28,564 nucleotides of DNA from a virus (taxonomy: Duplodnaviria > Caudoviricetes), in the IMG/VR virus record IMGVR_UViG_3300030098_000476, positions 1-28,564 of that record; one strand, given 5' to 3'. The notes under the pieces were generated by a model, which was not told the DNA's origin, ran no database searches, and worked only from the letters and a program-made list of their open reading frames with translations. Below are positions 26,813 through 28,564 of this stretch, piece after piece. The position numbers and the translations under genes were made by a program. How positions within the stretch are numbered: the stretch's first letter is position 1; each line of letters starts with the position of its first letter.

Positions 26813-28112
26813 TGCAATATTTACACACACGCAAGAACAAGCTATTGAATATCTCTTTGACAAAGAAACTACAGAAGTATTATTCGGAGGTGCAGCAGGA
26901 GGTGGTAAGTCTTGGGTAGGTTGTTCGTGGTTAATACTGATGTGCTTAAAATATCCTAAGACAAGATTCTTAATGGGTAGGAGTAAACTTGATTCACTTA
27001 AGAAAACAACACTTAATACATTTTTTGAAGTCTGCGAAACTTGGGGGATAAAAGCAGGTAAGCATTACAACTTCAATGGGGGTTCAAACATTATAACTTT
27101 TTTTAATAAGTCAGAGATAATGCTTAAAGATTTATTCTTATACCCTTCAGATAGAAACTTTGATAACTTAGGTTCATTAGAAATAACAGGTGCATTTATA
27201 GATGAAGCAAATCAAATAACTGAGAAAGCAAAAAATATAGTAGCATCAAGATTAAGATACAAACTAGATGATTACAATTTAATACCTAAAATGCTAATGA
27301 CTTGTAACCCTGCTAAAAATTGGGTATATACACAATACTACAGACCTGCAAAAGACGGTAAACAAAAAAAGCATAGGAAGTTTATACAAAGTCTAGTAGA
27401 TGATAATGAGTATATTTCTAAATATTACAAAACACAACTACAAACTCTTGATGAATTAAGCAAACAAAGATTACTGTATGGTAATTGGGAATACGATGCG
27501 AGTGATGACGCATTAATTAATTACGATTCTATAATTAACCTATTCAATCAAAAAGGCGTAGCAGGGCAGAAATACATATCTTGTGATGTGGCACGTTTTG
27601 GAAGCGATAAAACAATTATAATGTATTGGGAAGGGTTATACCTTAAAAAAACAATAACGTTGCTTAAATCGGCTATAAATGATGTTGTAGAGCAAGTTAG
27701 GGCATTACAACAGGAATATGCAGTTAATCTTAGTAATATTATAATAGATGAAGATGGTGTAGGTGGTGGTGCTAAAGATTTTTTGAGATGCAAAGGTTTT
27801 GTCAATAACTCAAAAGCATTGAAGAACGAAAACTACCAAAACTTAAAAACGCAATGTTACTATAAATTAGCTGACTTAATAAATAAAGGGCAAATTGGCA
27901 TAGATTGTCCTGATGTTAATGTGCGTAATAATATTATAGAAGAACTAGAACAAGTTAGAACAAAAGACGCAGACAAAGATAACAAGTTGCAAATAATACC
28001 TAAAGAAACAGTAAAAGCCATACTAGGACGTTCACCTGATTATTCTGATGCATTAGCTATGCGTATGTATTATGAAATAGATGGTAACTACGGAAGGTAT
28101 TTTGTGCAATAA
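26802..28112 (+). CDS. terL: Terminase large subunit
   Basis: Walker A GGAAGGGKS, Walker B AFIDEA, TCNP, nuclease DVARFGSD and SPDYSDA. Confidence 0.95.
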   Translation: MNINAIFTHTQEQAIEYLFDKETTEVLFGGAAGGGKSWVGCSWLILMCLKYPKTRFLMGRSKLDSLKKTTLNTFFEVCETWGIKAGKHYNFNGGSNIITFFNKSEIMLKDLFLYPSDRNFDNLGSLEITGAFIDEANQITEKAKNIVASRLRYKLDDYNLIPKMLMTCNPAKNWVYTQYYRPAKDGKQKKHRKFIQSLVDDNEYISKYYKTQLQTLDELSKQRLLYGNWEYDASDDALINYDSIINLFNQKGVAGQKYISCDVARFGSDKTIIMYWEGLYLKKTITLLKSAINDVVEQVRALQQEYAVNLSNIIIDEDGVGGGAKDFLRCKGFVNNSKALKNENYQNLKTQCYYKLADLINKGQIGIDCPDVNVRNNIIEELEQVRTKDADKDNKLQIIPKETVKAILGRSPDYSDALAMRMYYEIDGNYGRYFVQ

Positions 28113-28154
28113 GAAAGGGGGGCAAGCATTTTAGTAAACTTTAGAACCCCCCTT
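28110..28154 (-). terminator. GC-rich hairpin, better terminator on the minus strand
   Basis: AAGGGGGG (28115-28122)/CCCCCCTT (28147-28154); minus strand continues UUUCUUAUU, plus strand has only TT. Confidence 0.5.
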
Positions 28155-28180
28155 ACGACAAGAGAAAAACAGAAATGAAG
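28112..28180 (-). ncRNA. Candidate antisense small RNA (~70 nt)
   Basis: Lies between a minus-strand promoter and a terminator; 5' UUCAUUUCUGUUUU is complementary to early gene starts. Confidence 0.45.
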
Positions 28181-28183
28181 CTG

Positions 28184-28213
28184 CGAATATACAAACTTTA
28201 AACTAAATACAAA
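28184..28213 (-). promoter_or_regulatory. Bacteroidota-type promoter on the minus strand
   Basis: TTTG (28213-28210), 18-nt spacer, TATATTCG (28191-28184); one mismatch to TAnnTTTG. Confidence 0.5.
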
Positions 28214-28218
28214 CTTTT

Positions 28219-28229
28219 TACATTATATA
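28219..28229 (+). promoter_or_regulatory. Putative phage late promoter, copy 5
   Basis: TACATTATATA, 2 nt before ATG 28232; upstream hexamer degenerate. Confidence 0.65.
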
Positions 28230-28231
28230 TT

Positions 28232-28564
28232 ATGAAGGTCAAGATTAAAAAAGGCAAAAAAACTAAAGATTACAACATTATAAATAGTTGGTCAGATGTA
28301 ACACTAGATAAGTGGTTAACACTAATCGGTTACGAGAATCTTTCAGGCAGTGAAGAAGCATTAAAAGTAGTTAAATTATTTTCAGATATTCCTACAAAAT
28401 TAATTAAGCAATTAAGCGTACAAGATGTTGCATTAGTTATGAAACGACTGACTGATTTACAAACTGAACAAAATACTACTCTAAATAAAATAATAGAAAT
28501 AGATGGTGTTGAATATGGTTTCCACCCTGACTTAGAAGAAATTACATTAGGCGAATATGCTGAT
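28232..28564 (+). CDS. Tail assembly chaperone, 5' part (continues across the junction to 461)
   Basis: MKVKIKKGKKTKDYNIINSWSDVTLDKW... is open to the window end and in frame with ORF 27..461. Confidence 0.7.
   Translation, partial: MKVKIKKGKKTKDYNIINSWSDVTLDKWLTLIGYENLSGSEEALKVVKLFSDIPTKLIKQLSVQDVALVMKRLTDLQTEQNTTLNKIIEIDGVEYGFHPDLEEITLGEYAD
28413..28564. repeat. Terminal direct repeat, right copy
   Basis: 147 of 152 positions identical to 1-152. Confidence 0.97.

Noticed and set aside
2304-27805. All minus-strand ORFs in the track (e.g. 2304-2639, 8326-8811, 10368-10905, 16979-17227, 27548-27805)
   Set aside because: They are antisense shadows of well-supported plus-strand genes, with low-complexity Phe/Leu/Ser composition and no motifs.

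Overview
The window is an essentially complete, circularly permuted genome (about 28,412 bp; a 152-bp end overlap with 5 mismatches) of an AT-rich tailed dsDNA phage, probably a siphovirus. The host is probably Bacteroidota/Flavobacteriia: there is an exact TTTG-N19-TATATTTG promoter, the translation starts are A-rich with no Shine-Dalgarno, and there is a DUF3127-like gene. All credible genes are on the + strand. In order: a tail module (chaperone with a -1 frameshift site, tail-tip proteins, tape measure); head genes (XkdF-like protease, scaffold, capsid); tail tube; a portal with a long MuF-like extension; lysis genes and a metallophosphoesterase; a non-coding control region; early, replication and recombination genes with a phage sigma-like factor; a ParB / glycosyltransferase / TET-JBP dioxygenase DNA-modification cassette; and terminase. 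I recognised no integrase, DNA polymerase, DNA methyltransferase, tRNA or CRISPR array. The main leads are: (1) a ~320-nt highly structured RNA closed by a 20-bp terminal helix, directly behind the host-type promoter; (2) a TET/JBP plus glycosyltransferase cassette with no methyltransferase, a candidate base-J-like thymine hypermodification linked to packaging; (3) a candidate minus-strand small RNA whose 5' end is complementary to the start regions of early genes; (4) a repeated phage late-promoter motif. Protein calls come from motif recognition by eye, not database searches.
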